From positions 9,670 through 73,669 of the forward strand of contig CACMYE010000003.1 in assembly GCA_902617825.1 (NCBI GenBank): a stretch of DNA of 64,000 nt, read 5' to 3'. Below the pieces are notes generated by a model that did not search any database, was not told the origin of the DNA, and saw nothing but the letters and a program-made list of their open reading frames with translations. The stretch is from an uncultured Pelagibacteraceae bacterium (GTDB lineage: Bacteria; Pseudomonadota; Alphaproteobacteria; Pelagibacterales; Pelagibacteraceae). The translations under genes and the position numbers were made by a program. Of the stretch, positions 31,329 through 41,628 are shown one piece after another (position 1 is the stretch's first letter; the number at the start of each line of letters is the position of its first letter).

Positions 31329-32237
31329 TTTAGCAATTTCTTTAATATCCTCTGGTGTTGTTTCGCAACATCCACCAAGTATTGTTGCCCCTTGTTCAAC
31401 AAGTTTTTTTGAAAAATTATAAAATTTTTTAGCCGAATTATCGTCTCTTTTCCCAAGAGTAACGTTTGGATTAGTCCCTATTTCATCAGGTTTAGCTGTA
31501 TTAAAAGTTTGAACCGGAGTTGGTTCTTCAACTTTCCAAAGGTTGGCTTTAAACCCAAATGGAATATCTAATTTTTTAATTTCATAAGTACATCCCTCAG
31601 CTATTTTAGGGGAAACGCATGCAGTAATTATTCCTAGCCAATTATTACTTCTGTATTTATTAAAGACTTCAGTGATAGTTTCATTTGAGGGTAGTAAGTT
31701 ATTTTTTTTAACATGAACACCTAAGAGAACAGGTTTATTTAATTTGACCGCAACATTTGATGCTATGTCTATTTCTCTTCCACTTGAAATAACATCTAAA
31801 TACAAAAAATCTACATAAGGAGCAATAACTTCAGCTTGTTCATAAAAAGCTTTTTCTAATTCTTTGCTATCTCTTTGATCTTCTACATAAGTGTCATTTT
31901 GACAAGGTAAGCTTCCTGCAATTAAAACATTTTTTCTGGATTTTTCTTTTGCTTTAATAGACAAAAGACAAGCCTGTTCATTAATATATACAAAATCTTT
32001 ATCAACTTTGTTTTGTATTAATCTTATCTTTCTTGCCGAAAATGTATTGGTAAGTATCACTTCTGACCCAGCATTTATAAATGATAAGTGTACATCAACG
32101 ACTAGATCATGAAAATTTTTGTGTAGATTAGCACTAGCAGACCACAGTGTCCCTCTCGAAATTAATCCTTTAGCAAGTAGTTGTTGACCCATACCACCGT
32201 CTAAAATTCTTATTTTTTTAAAAAAATTTTTATCCAC
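31320..32237 (-). CDS. Homocysteine S-methyltransferase family protein (MmuM/BHMT-like)
   Basis: ILDGGMG, F..AG..VI.TNTF, IAGSLP, AC and GGCC zinc ligands; GTG start. Confidence 0.88.
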   Translation of the reverse strand: MDKNFFKKIRILDGGMGQQLLAKGLISRGTLWSASANLHKNFHDLVVDVHLSFINAGSEVILTNTFSARKIRLIQNKVDKDFVYINEQACLLSIKAKEKSRKNVLIAGSLPCQNDTYVEDQRDSKELEKAFYEQAEVIAPYVDFLYLDVISSGREIDIASNVAVKLNKPVLLGVHVKKNNLLPSNETITEVFNKYRSNNWLGIITACVSPKIAEGCTYEIKKLDIPFGFKANLWKVEEPTPVQTFNTAKPDEIGTNPNVTLGKRDDNSAKKFYNFSKKLVEQGATILGGCCETTPEDIKEIAKLR

Positions 32238-32246
32238 TTAGTAATC

Positions 32247-33260
32247 TTAAAACTTGATTAGCTCAAATTTTTTTGATTTCAAAGATTTATTTGCTGTCTC
32301 AGCCAATATCACTGACATTCTTCCATCTTCAAAATCTGCCCTTGGTTTAATGTTTTTTTTACAAAATCTTGCTAAGTCACTTAATTGGTTTTTAAACGCC
32401 TCTGAATATCTTTCAATAAAAAAATTTTTAAAAGGTCGTTTACTGTCTGTTGAATTTTTAAAATAGGATGTTGTTTCTAAATCTCTTTGATTTTCAGAAA
32501 TTACCATCCCTTTATTACCAAATAACTCAACTCTTTGATCATAACCAAAACTACAATGTCTTGAGTTAGTTATCACACACTGTATACCTTTCCTAGTTTT
32601 CATTACCACTGTAGCTAATTCTAAATCATTTACTTTTTTAAATTTTTTATCTTTAAAGTATTCACCTGTTGCAAATAAATGCTTAAATTCATCTGAACCT
32701 ACATAGTATCTTGCTAAATCAAAGTCGTGGATCATCATATCTTTAAAAATACCTCCAGAATTTTTCAAGTAATCAGTTGTAGGAGGTGTAGGGTCCCGAC
32801 TTGTAATTATTATTTTTTCTAATTTTCCAATTTTTCCATTAACAAGATTTTTTTTCAAAGAATTGTGTCCTGCATCATATCTTCTATTAAAACCTATTTG
32901 AATCTTTGGATTAAACTTAGAAAGTTTTTTTTTATATTCATCAATTTTTTTTAAACTTAAGTCTAATGGCTTTTCACAGAATACAACTTTTTTATTTCTA
33001 ACTGCTTTATCAATATAATTTAAATGTGTCTTAGTGCTTGTGGCTATAAAAATACATTTAATGCTCTTATCATTGAATGCAATTTTTGGATTGTTAATAG
33101 GAATTGACTTATATTTTTTTCCTAATTTTTTATTTAAATTTTTATCAATATCAAAAGTATATTTTAAATTGAATTCTGGATGATTAGTTAAATTTAAGGC
33201 ATGCATTTGGCCTATTCTTCCAAGACCAAGTAGTGCAATATTTATTTGATTTTGACCCAT
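32247..33260 (-). CDS. iolG: Inositol 2-dehydrogenase
   Basis: GLGRIG, FCEKP, GFNRRYD, ITSRDP, SGGIFKDMMIHDFD, GYDQRVE, FFIERY. Confidence 0.88.
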   Translation of the reverse strand: MGQNQINIALLGLGRIGQMHALNLTNHPEFNLKYTFDIDKNLNKKLGKKYKSIPINNPKIAFNDKSIKCIFIATSTKTHLNYIDKAVRNKKVVFCEKPLDLSLKKIDEYKKKLSKFNPKIQIGFNRRYDAGHNSLKKNLVNGKIGKLEKIIITSRDPTPPTTDYLKNSGGIFKDMMIHDFDLARYYVGSDEFKHLFATGEYFKDKKFKKVNDLELATVVMKTRKGIQCVITNSRHCSFGYDQRVELFGNKGMVISENQRDLETTSYFKNSTDSKRPFKNFFIERYSEAFKNQLSDLARFCKKNIKPRADFEDGRMSVILAETANKSLKSKKFELIKF

Positions 33261-34378
33261 CTTTTACTTTTTGATGAAACTTTACAAGCATTTATAAACT
33301 TTGCTGTTTCTAATCCCTCATCTTCATTTGGATAAAAATATCTTCTTTTTGATTTATTTATTAAGGACTCAGCAAATTCTCTATAGATATTTGCAAATGC
33401 ATCTAAATATCCTTCTGGGTGTCCGAATTTTATTCTAGAGAATTTTTTTGAAAGCTCAGCATTATGAAAACCTCTTTCAAGGTATCTTACTGCACCCTTG
33501 TCTGGATTTAATTTTAGATAATTTGGGTCATTTTGAACCCACTCTATGCTTCCTTTAGATCCAAATACTCTTATTCTAAGACCATAAACTCCACCTTTAG
33601 CCATTACGCTTGTCCAAAACATACCTTTTGCACCGTTTGTAAAATTAATCATTACTTGTGCGTTATCATCCATTTTTATTTTTTTTGAAATTTGTTTAAT
33701 GTCAGCAAAAATTTTTTCTCCCTTTAGTCCTGAAATATATGTAGCTAAATGGTAAGCATGAGTTCCAATTTCATTAAGAACAGCAGATGCACCAACTATT
33801 TTATTATCTATTTTCCATTTTAGTTTTTTTTTGGCATTTCTTACATTAATTTTTGTTCCACCAGACCAATCCTGGATATATTCAACATTCACATATTCAA
33901 TTTTTCCAATTTTACCTTTTTCTATTAAAACTTTAGCTTCTCTAACCATTGGGTAAGCTGAGTAGTTATGAGTTAGAGCATATTTAATTTTTTTATTTGA
34001 TTTTATTTTTTTATAAAGTTTTTTGGCTTGGTCTAGATTACCTGCAAATGGTTTATCTGAAATAATATTGATATTTTTTTCAATAAATTTTTCAACGATA
34101 ATTTGATGACTTGATGGAGGTGTCATTATTGAGACCACTTGAATACCATCATTTCTTTTTGACTCCTTCAAAGCCATCTCTTTAAAGTTTGAGTAGCATC
34201 TATCTTTAGAGATACCCAAAGTTTTCCCAAAGCTAATTGATAATTTTGAATTTCTTGAGAATACACCAGCTACTATTTCGTATCTGTCATCAAATCTTGC
34301 AGAAATTCGATGGACATGACCAATCCAAGATTTTGGACCTCCACCAACAATACCTAAAGATAATTTATTTGTATTCAT
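33242..34378 (-). CDS. Gfo/Idh/MocA oxidoreductase
   Basis: GIVGGG...IG.VHR, DKP, HNYSAYPMV, IGTHAYH, GHPEGY. Confidence 0.85.
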   Translation of the reverse strand: MNTNKLSLGIVGGGPKSWIGHVHRISARFDDRYEIVAGVFSRNSKLSISFGKTLGISKDRCYSNFKEMALKESKRNDGIQVVSIMTPPSSHQIIVEKFIEKNINIISDKPFAGNLDQAKKLYKKIKSNKKIKYALTHNYSAYPMVREAKVLIEKGKIGKIEYVNVEYIQDWSGGTKINVRNAKKKLKWKIDNKIVGASAVLNEIGTHAYHLATYISGLKGEKIFADIKQISKKIKMDDNAQVMINFTNGAKGMFWTSVMAKGGVYGLRIRVFGSKGSIEWVQNDPNYLKLNPDKGAVRYLERGFHNAELSKKFSRIKFGHPEGYLDAFANIYREFAESLINKSKRRYFYPNEDEGLETAKFINACKVSSKSKRWVKIK

Positions 34379-34417
34379 TAGATTAAGATTTTATATATCA
34401 TAACAAATATAAGTATT

Positions 34418-35317
34418 ATGTCAGTAAAATTAGGAATAGCACCAATAGCATGGAGTAATGATGACATGCCCGAACTTGGTGGTGACACACCTTTGGAACA
34501 GTGTTTATCAGAAGCAAGTGAAGCAGGTTTCACAGGAATAGAATCTGGAGGGAAATTTCCAAAAAAATCAGAGGAACTTATTCCTTTGTTAAAAAAATAT
34601 AACTTAAAGTTATGTTCAGGCTGGTACAGTGCAAATTTGAGAAAAAATTCTGTAAAGGATGAAATCATATTAATTCAAGAGCAACTAAAACTTTTTCAAG
34701 ATTGTAAAGCACCATGTATTGTATTTGCTGAAGTATCAGACTCTATTGCTGGCGACCCTAATAGACCCTTATCCAGTAGACCACAAATGAAAAAAGATGA
34801 ATGGAATGAATATTGTAAAAAAATTTCTGAGATTGGAAAATATTTAGAAGACCAAGATATGCCTTTAGCTTACCATCATCACATGGGCACAGTGATCGAA
34901 ACAGAAGACGACACAAAAAGACTGTTAGATAACACAAGTGACCAAGTCAAATTAATACTAGACACTGGTCACATGTTGTTTGCCAAAGGTAATTCTGTAA
35001 AAATAGCAGAAAACTATAAAGATAGAATTATTCATATTCACTGTAAGGATATGAGAGAAGATATTTTAAATAAATCCCTTGAAAAAGATTGGAGCTTTAA
35101 AAAAGCATTTTTAGAGGGAGCTTTTACTGTACCAGGAGACGGATGCATTGATTATAAACCTTTATTGAAATATTTAAAAAATATTGATTACAAAGGCTGG
35201 TTAGTTGTAGAAGCAGAACAAGATCCAGCTAAAGCAAATCCTTTAGAATATGCAAAAAAAGGTTTCAAATATTTATCTGAGGTATGTGCAGATATTGATC
35301 TAAAAATATCTTTATAG
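34418..35317 (+). CDS. iolE: myo-Inosose-2 dehydratase
   Basis: GIAPIAWSNDDMPELGG, YHHHMGT, LDTGH, FTVPGDG, VVEAEQDP. Confidence 0.94.
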   Translation: MSVKLGIAPIAWSNDDMPELGGDTPLEQCLSEASEAGFTGIESGGKFPKKSEELIPLLKKYNLKLCSGWYSANLRKNSVKDEIILIQEQLKLFQDCKAPCIVFAEVSDSIAGDPNRPLSSRPQMKKDEWNEYCKKISEIGKYLEDQDMPLAYHHHMGTVIETEDDTKRLLDNTSDQVKLILDTGHMLFAKGNSVKIAENYKDRIIHIHCKDMREDILNKSLEKDWSFKKAFLEGAFTVPGDGCIDYKPLLKYLKNIDYKGWLVVEAEQDPAKANPLEYAKKGFKYLSEVCADIDLKISL

Positions 35318-36268
35318 CTTTACTTTTTTTGAATTCGCTAAACTACCATCAAAAAAATCAAATATATTTTGAATAGTTTCTTTGCCCATTCTTGTCATAC
35401 ATTCTTCCGTGAAAGCTGCAGAATGTGGACTTAAAAAAACTTTCTTATTCTTTAAAATAGGATTGTTTTCAGTAGGAGGTTCAGTTTCAAATACATCCAA
35501 ACCTGCACCAAAGATTAAATTTTCGTTTAAAGCTTTATCTAAATCAACTTCGTTTACAATACCTCCTCTGGCGGCATTGATTATAATGCAATTTTTTTTC
35601 ATAGATTTAAGTAAATCATAATTAATTATATTTTTTGTTTTATCATTCAAGGGTATGTGAAGTGACATTGCATCCATATCTTGTGAGGTTTCGCTTAAAT
35701 TATCCACTTTTGTACCACCACGTTTTTCTATAAATTCTTTAGAAACAAAAGGATCAAAAACAAAAACGTTCATTTCAAAACCGATACACCTTTTAATTAA
35801 GGCTTGTCCTATTCTACCAAATCCTGCAATTAAAATATTTTTATCCCAAAGCTCTACAGTTTTAGGTAATTTATTTCTTTCATTAAATTTTCCACTTTTT
35901 ACAGTGTCATCATACAAATTGCCTCTTTTAGAAATATTCAAAATCATGAACATTACATGTTCAGCAACAGCTACAGCATTTGCAGTTGCTGTAATTGCCA
36001 AAGTAACATTTTTTTTTTTTGAAGCTTCTAAGTCAATATTGTCATACCCAACTCCGTGTCTTGAAATTATTTTAAGATTGTCACCAGCTTCAATCACTTC
36101 TCTACTTAGATTAGCAGTTCTAATTGAAACACCATCACAACCCTTAATTTTACTTTTAAGAAAGTTTATGTCAGTATTTTCAACAATTTCATATTCATAT
36201 TCTGAGTTGTTTTGTAATAACTTTATACCTTCTTGATGTATTGGCTGAATGATAAGAATTTTTTTCAT
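35312..36268 (-). CDS. D-isomer-specific 2-hydroxyacid dehydrogenase (SerA-like, no ACT domain)
   Basis: RHGVGYDNID, AVAEH, GFGRIG, INAARGG, LDVF..EP, SPHSA. Confidence 0.88.
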   Translation of the reverse strand: MKKILIIQPIHQEGIKLLQNNSEYEYEIVENTDINFLKSKIKGCDGVSIRTANLSREVIEAGDNLKIISRHGVGYDNIDLEASKKKNVTLAITATANAVAVAEHVMFMILNISKRGNLYDDTVKSGKFNERNKLPKTVELWDKNILIAGFGRIGQALIKRCIGFEMNVFVFDPFVSKEFIEKRGGTKVDNLSETSQDMDAMSLHIPLNDKTKNIINYDLLKSMKKNCIIINAARGGIVNEVDLDKALNENLIFGAGLDVFETEPPTENNPILKNKKVFLSPHSAAFTEECMTRMGKETIQNIFDFFDGSLANSKKVKL

Positions 36269-36299
36269 ACGGTTTTATAGATTTTAAAATTCAAATTTA

Positions 36300-37091
36300 T
36301 CAGTAAGTACTTGACTCTTCTTTTTTTAAAGAACCTTTCATTTTATCGACTATCGCTTTTGCGCCTGAACTCATAGCTCTTTGATCAGCACCTATAGTTA
36401 CAAAATTAAAACCTTTATCAATCATTTTAAGGGCATACTCTGGGCTACCATTATGAATACCAGAAAAAATTTTATTTTTTTTTGCATGATCAAGTATTCT
36501 CAAAATTTCCGAATAAGCCTTAGAGTTTTCTGGCCGATCAAATCCTGGAGCCTCACCAATTGCTAAACTTAAATCAGCAGGACCAATATAAATTCCATCT
36601 AATCCTGGGGTAGACATAATTTCATCTAATTTTTTTAACGACTCTTTAGTTTCAATCATTGCAATTTTTAATATTTCATGATTAGCATGATCTGCATAAT
36701 CTCCACCGCCATAAATTAGGCCTCTAATAGGACCAAAACTTCTGTATCCATGAGGAGGGTACATACAAGCTTGAACAAATTTTTCAGCTTCTTCTCTGTT
36801 GCTTACCATTGGACAAATTATGCCATAACAACCAGCGTCTAAAATTTTCATTATTTGACCGGGTTCGTTCCAGTTTACTCTCGCCATAGGCGTAACATCT
36901 GTAGCAGATAAAGTTTGAAGCATTGGCAGCGCATTTGAATAATCAACTAGCCCATGCTGCATATCTATAGTGAGAGAGTCCCATCCCTGATGTGCCATAA
37001 CTTCTGCAGAGACTGTACTTGGAATTTGAAGCCATCCATTGACCACAGATTTACCTTCAGTCATCATTTGTTTAATTTTATTTTTTCTCAT
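36300..37091 (-). CDS. HpcH/HpaI class II pyruvate-type aldolase
   Basis: DMQHG, RV, LDAG..GIICPMV, YPP.G.RS, IET, GPADL. Confidence 0.9.
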   Translation of the reverse strand: MRKNKIKQMMTEGKSVVNGWLQIPSTVSAEVMAHQGWDSLTIDMQHGLVDYSNALPMLQTLSATDVTPMARVNWNEPGQIMKILDAGCYGIICPMVSNREEAEKFVQACMYPPHGYRSFGPIRGLIYGGGDYADHANHEILKIAMIETKESLKKLDEIMSTPGLDGIYIGPADLSLAIGEAPGFDRPENSKAYSEILRILDHAKKNKIFSGIHNGSPEYALKMIDKGFNFVTIGADQRAMSSGAKAIVDKMKGSLKKEESSTY

Positions 37092-37092
37092 T

Positions 37093-38535
37093 CTAGACCT
37101 TTAGGGCCATATGAGTGTATTTTACATTCAAATAATCTTTAATAGCCATTGATCCACCCTCACGTCCATAACCGGTCTGTTTAATTCCACCAAATGGTGC
37201 TTCAGCAATCGCTACTGCGCCTGTATTTACGGCAACACACCCTGTCTCTAAAAGTTCAGATCCTCTGTTAGCTTTATCCATTGAGTTAGTATAAAGATAA
37301 CTACAAAGGCCTAAATCGTTATCATTAGCTCTTTCAATAACTTCATCAAAAGTTTTAAATGCCAACATAGGAACCAAAGGGCCAAATGGTTCTTCTTTCA
37401 TAATAGTGAAATTATCTTCTACTTTGTCAAATACCGTTGGCTCATAATAAAAACCTTTGTTAAAATCTGAAGGTCTTTTTCCTCCCATTAAAATTTCTGC
37501 TCCCTCTTTTTTTGTTGTATCAACTAATTTTTCAATTTCCTCTAATCTTTTAGCAGTAGTCAATGGACCCAGGTTTACTCCTTCATCCATTCCGTTACCA
37601 ATTTTTAATTTTTTTGCTCTATTTATAAATGCGCTGATAAATTCATCCTTAACATTTTCTTGAATATAAAATCTATTAGGAGAAATACAAACTTGTCCAT
37701 TATTTCTAAATTTAGCTGCTATAGCAATATCAGCTACATTATCAATATTTACGTCATCACAAACTATAAAAGGAGAATGACCACTAAGTTCCATTGTAAC
37801 CCTTTGTACTTTGTCTGCAGCTTTTTTTAATATTAATTTTCCTACTCTTGTAGAACCTGTAATTGAAACTTTTTTTACAATATCAGATTCCAATAATTCA
37901 TTTGAAATTTCTTCTGGATCACCAGATAAAAGATTTACAACACCATCTGGAACTCCAGCTTGTTTGCAAATATCAACTAATTCCATCACAGCACCAGGTG
38001 TGATTACATCAGGTTTACAAATAACAGAGCAACCCGCAGCTAATGCAGTTGAAATTTTTCTAGATGCTAAAACAATAGGAAAATTCCAAGGTATCAATGC
38101 AGCTACTACTCCTACTGGTTGATAATAAACATGAACTCTAGTTTCAGGAAATCTACTTTGAACAGTTTGTCCATAAATTCTTTTTGTTTCCTCTGCATTC
38201 CACTCAAAAATATCGGCTGCTCCTCCAACCTCACCAACACCCTCACTCAAAGGTTTTCCAACTTCGAGTGTTAACCATTTTGCTAGAACATTTTTTTTCT
38301 CTCGCATTAAATCTGCAATTTTTCTAAGAACGTATGATCTCTGCCATGGAGTTGTATTGCTCCAAACTTTTAGTCCTTTTTCAGCTGACTTAAGTGCTTT
38401 TTGAACATCAACTGAAGATGCTTTTGATGCACCACCAATTATCTCTTCTGTTGCAGGATTAATGACATCGTATGTTTCTTTTTTCTCTGACTGTTGCCAC
38501 TTTCCATCGATGAATTGTCCAAACTTATTATACAT
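37093..38535 (-). CDS. NAD(P)-dependent aldehyde dehydrogenase (GabD/alpha-ketoglutarate semialdehyde dehydrogenase-like)
   Basis: PWNFP, ITGST.VG, MELSGH, KFRNNGQVC, EEPFGP, PFGGIKQ; not the CoA-acylating MmsA/IolA type. Confidence 0.88.
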   Translation of the reverse strand: MYNKFGQFIDGKWQQSEKKETYDVINPATEEIIGGASKASSVDVQKALKSAEKGLKVWSNTTPWQRSYVLRKIADLMREKKNVLAKWLTLEVGKPLSEGVGEVGGAADIFEWNAEETKRIYGQTVQSRFPETRVHVYYQPVGVVAALIPWNFPIVLASRKISTALAAGCSVICKPDVITPGAVMELVDICKQAGVPDGVVNLLSGDPEEISNELLESDIVKKVSITGSTRVGKLILKKAADKVQRVTMELSGHSPFIVCDDVNIDNVADIAIAAKFRNNGQVCISPNRFYIQENVKDEFISAFINRAKKLKIGNGMDEGVNLGPLTTAKRLEEIEKLVDTTKKEGAEILMGGKRPSDFNKGFYYEPTVFDKVEDNFTIMKEEPFGPLVPMLAFKTFDEVIERANDNDLGLCSYLYTNSMDKANRGSELLETGCVAVNTGAVAIAEAPFGGIKQTGYGREGGSMAIKDYLNVKYTHMALKV

Positions 38536-38623
38536 AGTTTTTTTGGTTTACTTAGTTAGGTTTTTTAATTTATAAATATATTCAAATATAAACACCATAC
38601 GAAAAAAAAAATAAACAAATTTT

Positions 38624-40468
38624 ATGAGAAAAATGACCCTTACCTGTGCTCATGCAATAGTAAAATATTTAATTGCGCAGAAAATATTAATTGATGGTAA
38701 AAAGGAGCCATTATTTCCAGGAGTATTTGGGATATTTGGACATGGTAATGTTGCATGTTTAGGACAAGCTTTAGAAGAAAATCAAAAAGATTTACCAACA
38801 TACAGAGGACATCACGAACAAAATATGGCATTAACAGGTATAGGATATGCTAGGGGAAAAAGAAGACAACAAATTTTTATAGCAACTTCGTCCGTTGGGC
38901 CCGGTGCAACTAATATGGTTACAGCTGCTGCTGTTGCAATGAGCAATAGATTACCAATTTTATTTTTACCTGGCGATACTTATGCGAACAGAATGCCAGA
39001 TCCAGTTTTACAACAAGTAGAACATTTTAATAATCCTGGAATTACCGCAAACGATGCATTTAAACCAGTGACAAGATATTTTGACAGAATAACAAGACCA
39101 GAGCAAATTATTCAATCTTTTCCAAATGCAGTTCAAATAATGTTAGATCCAGCTGATTGTGGTCCAGCTTGTATATCTTTGTCTCAAGATATTCAAGGAC
39201 AGACATATGACTATCCTGAGGAGTTTTTTATAGAGAAAATTCACTCAATAAGAAGACCAAGACCAGATGATTTTCAAATAAAAGAAGCTGCTGAAAAAAT
39301 CAAAAAATCAAAAAAGCCAATTTTAATTTCTGGTGGAGGAGTTTTTTATTCTAATGCAATGGAGGAATTAAGCAACTTTGCAATTAAACACAATATACCT
39401 GTTACACAAACTGTAATGGGATATTCAACAATGAAAAGAGTCCATTCTCATTATGCAGGACAAATAGGAGGTCTAGGTGGAAAAAATACTAATGATCTGG
39501 CTAAAGAAACTGATCTTGCAATTGCAGTTGGAACAAAGCTTGCTGACTTTACTACAGGATCATGGGCTAATTTTGAAAATGAAAACTTTAAACTTCTATC
39601 AATTAATGTTTCAAGATTTGATGCAAACAAACATTTAGCGCAAGCAGTGGTAGGGGATGCAAAAGTTTCATTAATTGAACTTTCTAAAGAATTAGGAGAT
39701 TGGAAAGTCGGTGATGAATGGAATCAAAAATCTCAAAGAGAATTAAAAATTTGGAATGATCACATAGATAAAGAGAGCGCTCCAACAAATCAAGAAACAC
39801 CCAGTTATATTCAAGTAATTGGAGCTATTTATAGAAATTCAGATCCAACTGATATAGCGGTAACTGCTGCTGGAGGTCTTGTTGGTGAAGTTGTTCAGGT
39901 TTGGCGTCCAAAAGAATTAAATACACATGAAAGTGAATGGGGTTTTAGCTGTATGAGTTATGAGATTTCAGGTGCGTTAGGTATAAAAATGGCTAACCCA
40001 GACAAAGAAGTGATTTCGTTTGTAGGTGATGGATCTTATTTACTGAACAATACAGATATTTATTCATCAGTGATTACAAAAAATAAACTAATTATAATCG
40101 TTTGTGATAATGGAGGTTTTGCAGTTATCAATAGACTACAACTTTTTAAAGGAGGAAAAGAGTTTAATAATTTATTGAAAAGTTCTAAAACCCCCGGATT
40201 AGTTGATGTTGATTTTGCAAAGCATGCTGAAAGTATGGGGGCTAAATCAGAACATGTTACGTCAATTTCAGATCTTGAAGAGGCTTTTAAAAGAGCAAAG
40301 AAGTCAGATATTACTTACGTTATTTCTATAAAAACTCATGCATATAAATGGGTTGAAGGTTCAGCTTTTTGGGATAGTCCAACTTTAGAGATCCCATCAA
40401 CAAAAGAAAATAGAGAGGCTTTAAAGCTTCATAAAGACGGTAAGTCCAAACAAAGACAAGGTATATAG
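38624..40468 (+). CDS. iolD: 3D-(3,5/4)-trihydroxycyclohexane-1,2-dione acylhydrolase
   Basis: IFGHGNV, SSVGPGATN, PDPVLQQ, GFSCMSYEI, ThDP motif GDGSY..DNGG. Confidence 0.93.
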   Translation: MRKMTLTCAHAIVKYLIAQKILIDGKKEPLFPGVFGIFGHGNVACLGQALEENQKDLPTYRGHHEQNMALTGIGYARGKRRQQIFIATSSVGPGATNMVTAAAVAMSNRLPILFLPGDTYANRMPDPVLQQVEHFNNPGITANDAFKPVTRYFDRITRPEQIIQSFPNAVQIMLDPADCGPACISLSQDIQGQTYDYPEEFFIEKIHSIRRPRPDDFQIKEAAEKIKKSKKPILISGGGVFYSNAMEELSNFAIKHNIPVTQTVMGYSTMKRVHSHYAGQIGGLGGKNTNDLAKETDLAIAVGTKLADFTTGSWANFENENFKLLSINVSRFDANKHLAQAVVGDAKVSLIELSKELGDWKVGDEWNQKSQRELKIWNDHIDKESAPTNQETPSYIQVIGAIYRNSDPTDIAVTAAGGLVGEVVQVWRPKELNTHESEWGFSCMSYEISGALGIKMANPDKEVISFVGDGSYLLNNTDIYSSVITKNKLIIIVCDNGGFAVINRLQLFKGGKEFNNLLKSSKTPGLVDVDFAKHAESMGAKSEHVTSISDLEEAFKRAKKSDITYVISIKTHAYKWVEGSAFWDSPTLEIPSTKENREALKLHKDGKSKQRQGI

Positions 40469-40473
40469 TTTTA

Positions 40474-41628
40474 ATGAACAAGGTATTTAAGGTAGGGTTG
40501 ATTGGGTGCGGACATATTGCAGAGACCTATTTTAGAGGACACCAATATTTTAATAATTTTAAAATTATTGCCTGTGCAGATATTAATCAACCAGCTGCAG
40601 ATAGGTGTGCAAAATTATATAATATTAAATCTAAAACAGTCAACGAACTTCTTAAAGATAAAGAGATAGATGCAATTCTTAATTTAACAATTCCTCAATC
40701 TCATTATTCAGTTTCTAAAAAAGTTTTAAATGCTGGTAAACATGTTTATTCTGAAAAGCCTTTAGCAACTTATTTTGAAAAAGGTAAAGAGTTGGTTGCT
40801 TTAGCAAAAAAAAAGAAACTTTATATCGGTAACGCACCAGATACTTTTTTAGGTGGTGGTATTCAAAAAGCAAGAGAGTTAATCGACTCTGAATTAATTG
40901 GAGATATAAAACTTGGTAATGCAATTTTTGCTTTTCCAGGAGTTGAATCCTTTCATCCAAAACCAGAGTCTTGGTACAGAAAAGAAGGTGGACCAGTAAT
41001 TGATATGGGACCTTATTTTTTTACAACACTTGTTAATTTGCTTGGACCAGCAAAACAAGTACAGGGAAGGACACTAACAGCTTTTAAAAAAAGGATTTAT
41101 GGAACTGGACTAAAAAAAAATAAATTTTTTAAAGTAGAAACACCTACAACTTATCTAGCAACTATTCAGTTTCACTCGGGAGCAATTATTCAGGTTACAT
41201 TATCATTTGATGTTGTTAATCATCAAAGAAATCACATGGAGCTTTATGGAACTAAGGGTTCAATTATAGTGCCTGACCCCAATATGTTTGGTGGGTCCGT
41301 TTATATATCAGTTACTGAAGGAGGCAGGTGGGGAGAGCATAAAACTGACAAAATGCATTTAGGAAAAATAAATATTACAGCATCTAGCAGCAGATCAAAT
41401 GAGACTGCTACCAATGCTAATTATAGAAGTGTTGGTTTATCTGAAATGCTTTATTCAATTCAACAAAAAAAGAAGCACAGATGCTCGGGTGAATTATCAC
41501 TTCATGTTCTTGATATGATTCAGTCAACTATGAGAGCTTCCATTACTGGTGTGCCTCAAAAAATCTTAACAAAATGTGAAAAACCAAAAAAATTTACAGA
41601 GGAAGAAGTGAAGCGTTTACTTATTTAA
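40474..41628 (+). CDS. Gfo/Idh/MocA oxidoreductase
   Basis: GLIGCGHI, LNLTIP, YSEKP, APDTFLG, DMGPYF, VPDPN.FGG. Confidence 0.86.
   Translation: MNKVFKVGLIGCGHIAETYFRGHQYFNNFKIIACADINQPAADRCAKLYNIKSKTVNELLKDKEIDAILNLTIPQSHYSVSKKVLNAGKHVYSEKPLATYFEKGKELVALAKKKKLYIGNAPDTFLGGGIQKARELIDSELIGDIKLGNAIFAFPGVESFHPKPESWYRKEGGPVIDMGPYFFTTLVNLLGPAKQVQGRTLTAFKKRIYGTGLKKNKFFKVETPTTYLATIQFHSGAIIQVTLSFDVVNHQRNHMELYGTKGSIIVPDPNMFGGSVYISVTEGGRWGEHKTDKMHLGKINITASSSRSNETATNANYRSVGLSEMLYSIQQKKKHRCSGELSLHVLDMIQSTMRASITGVPQKILTKCEKPKKFTEEEVKRLLI

Noticed and set aside
35312-36268. Calling this gene serA
   Set aside because: No ACT domain and it lies in a catabolic operon; substrate unknown
37093-38535. Calling the aldehyde dehydrogenase IolA/MmsA
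   Set aside because: Motifs (PWNFP, KFRNNGQVC) fit GabD/KGSA dehydrogenase types rather than the CoA-acylating family
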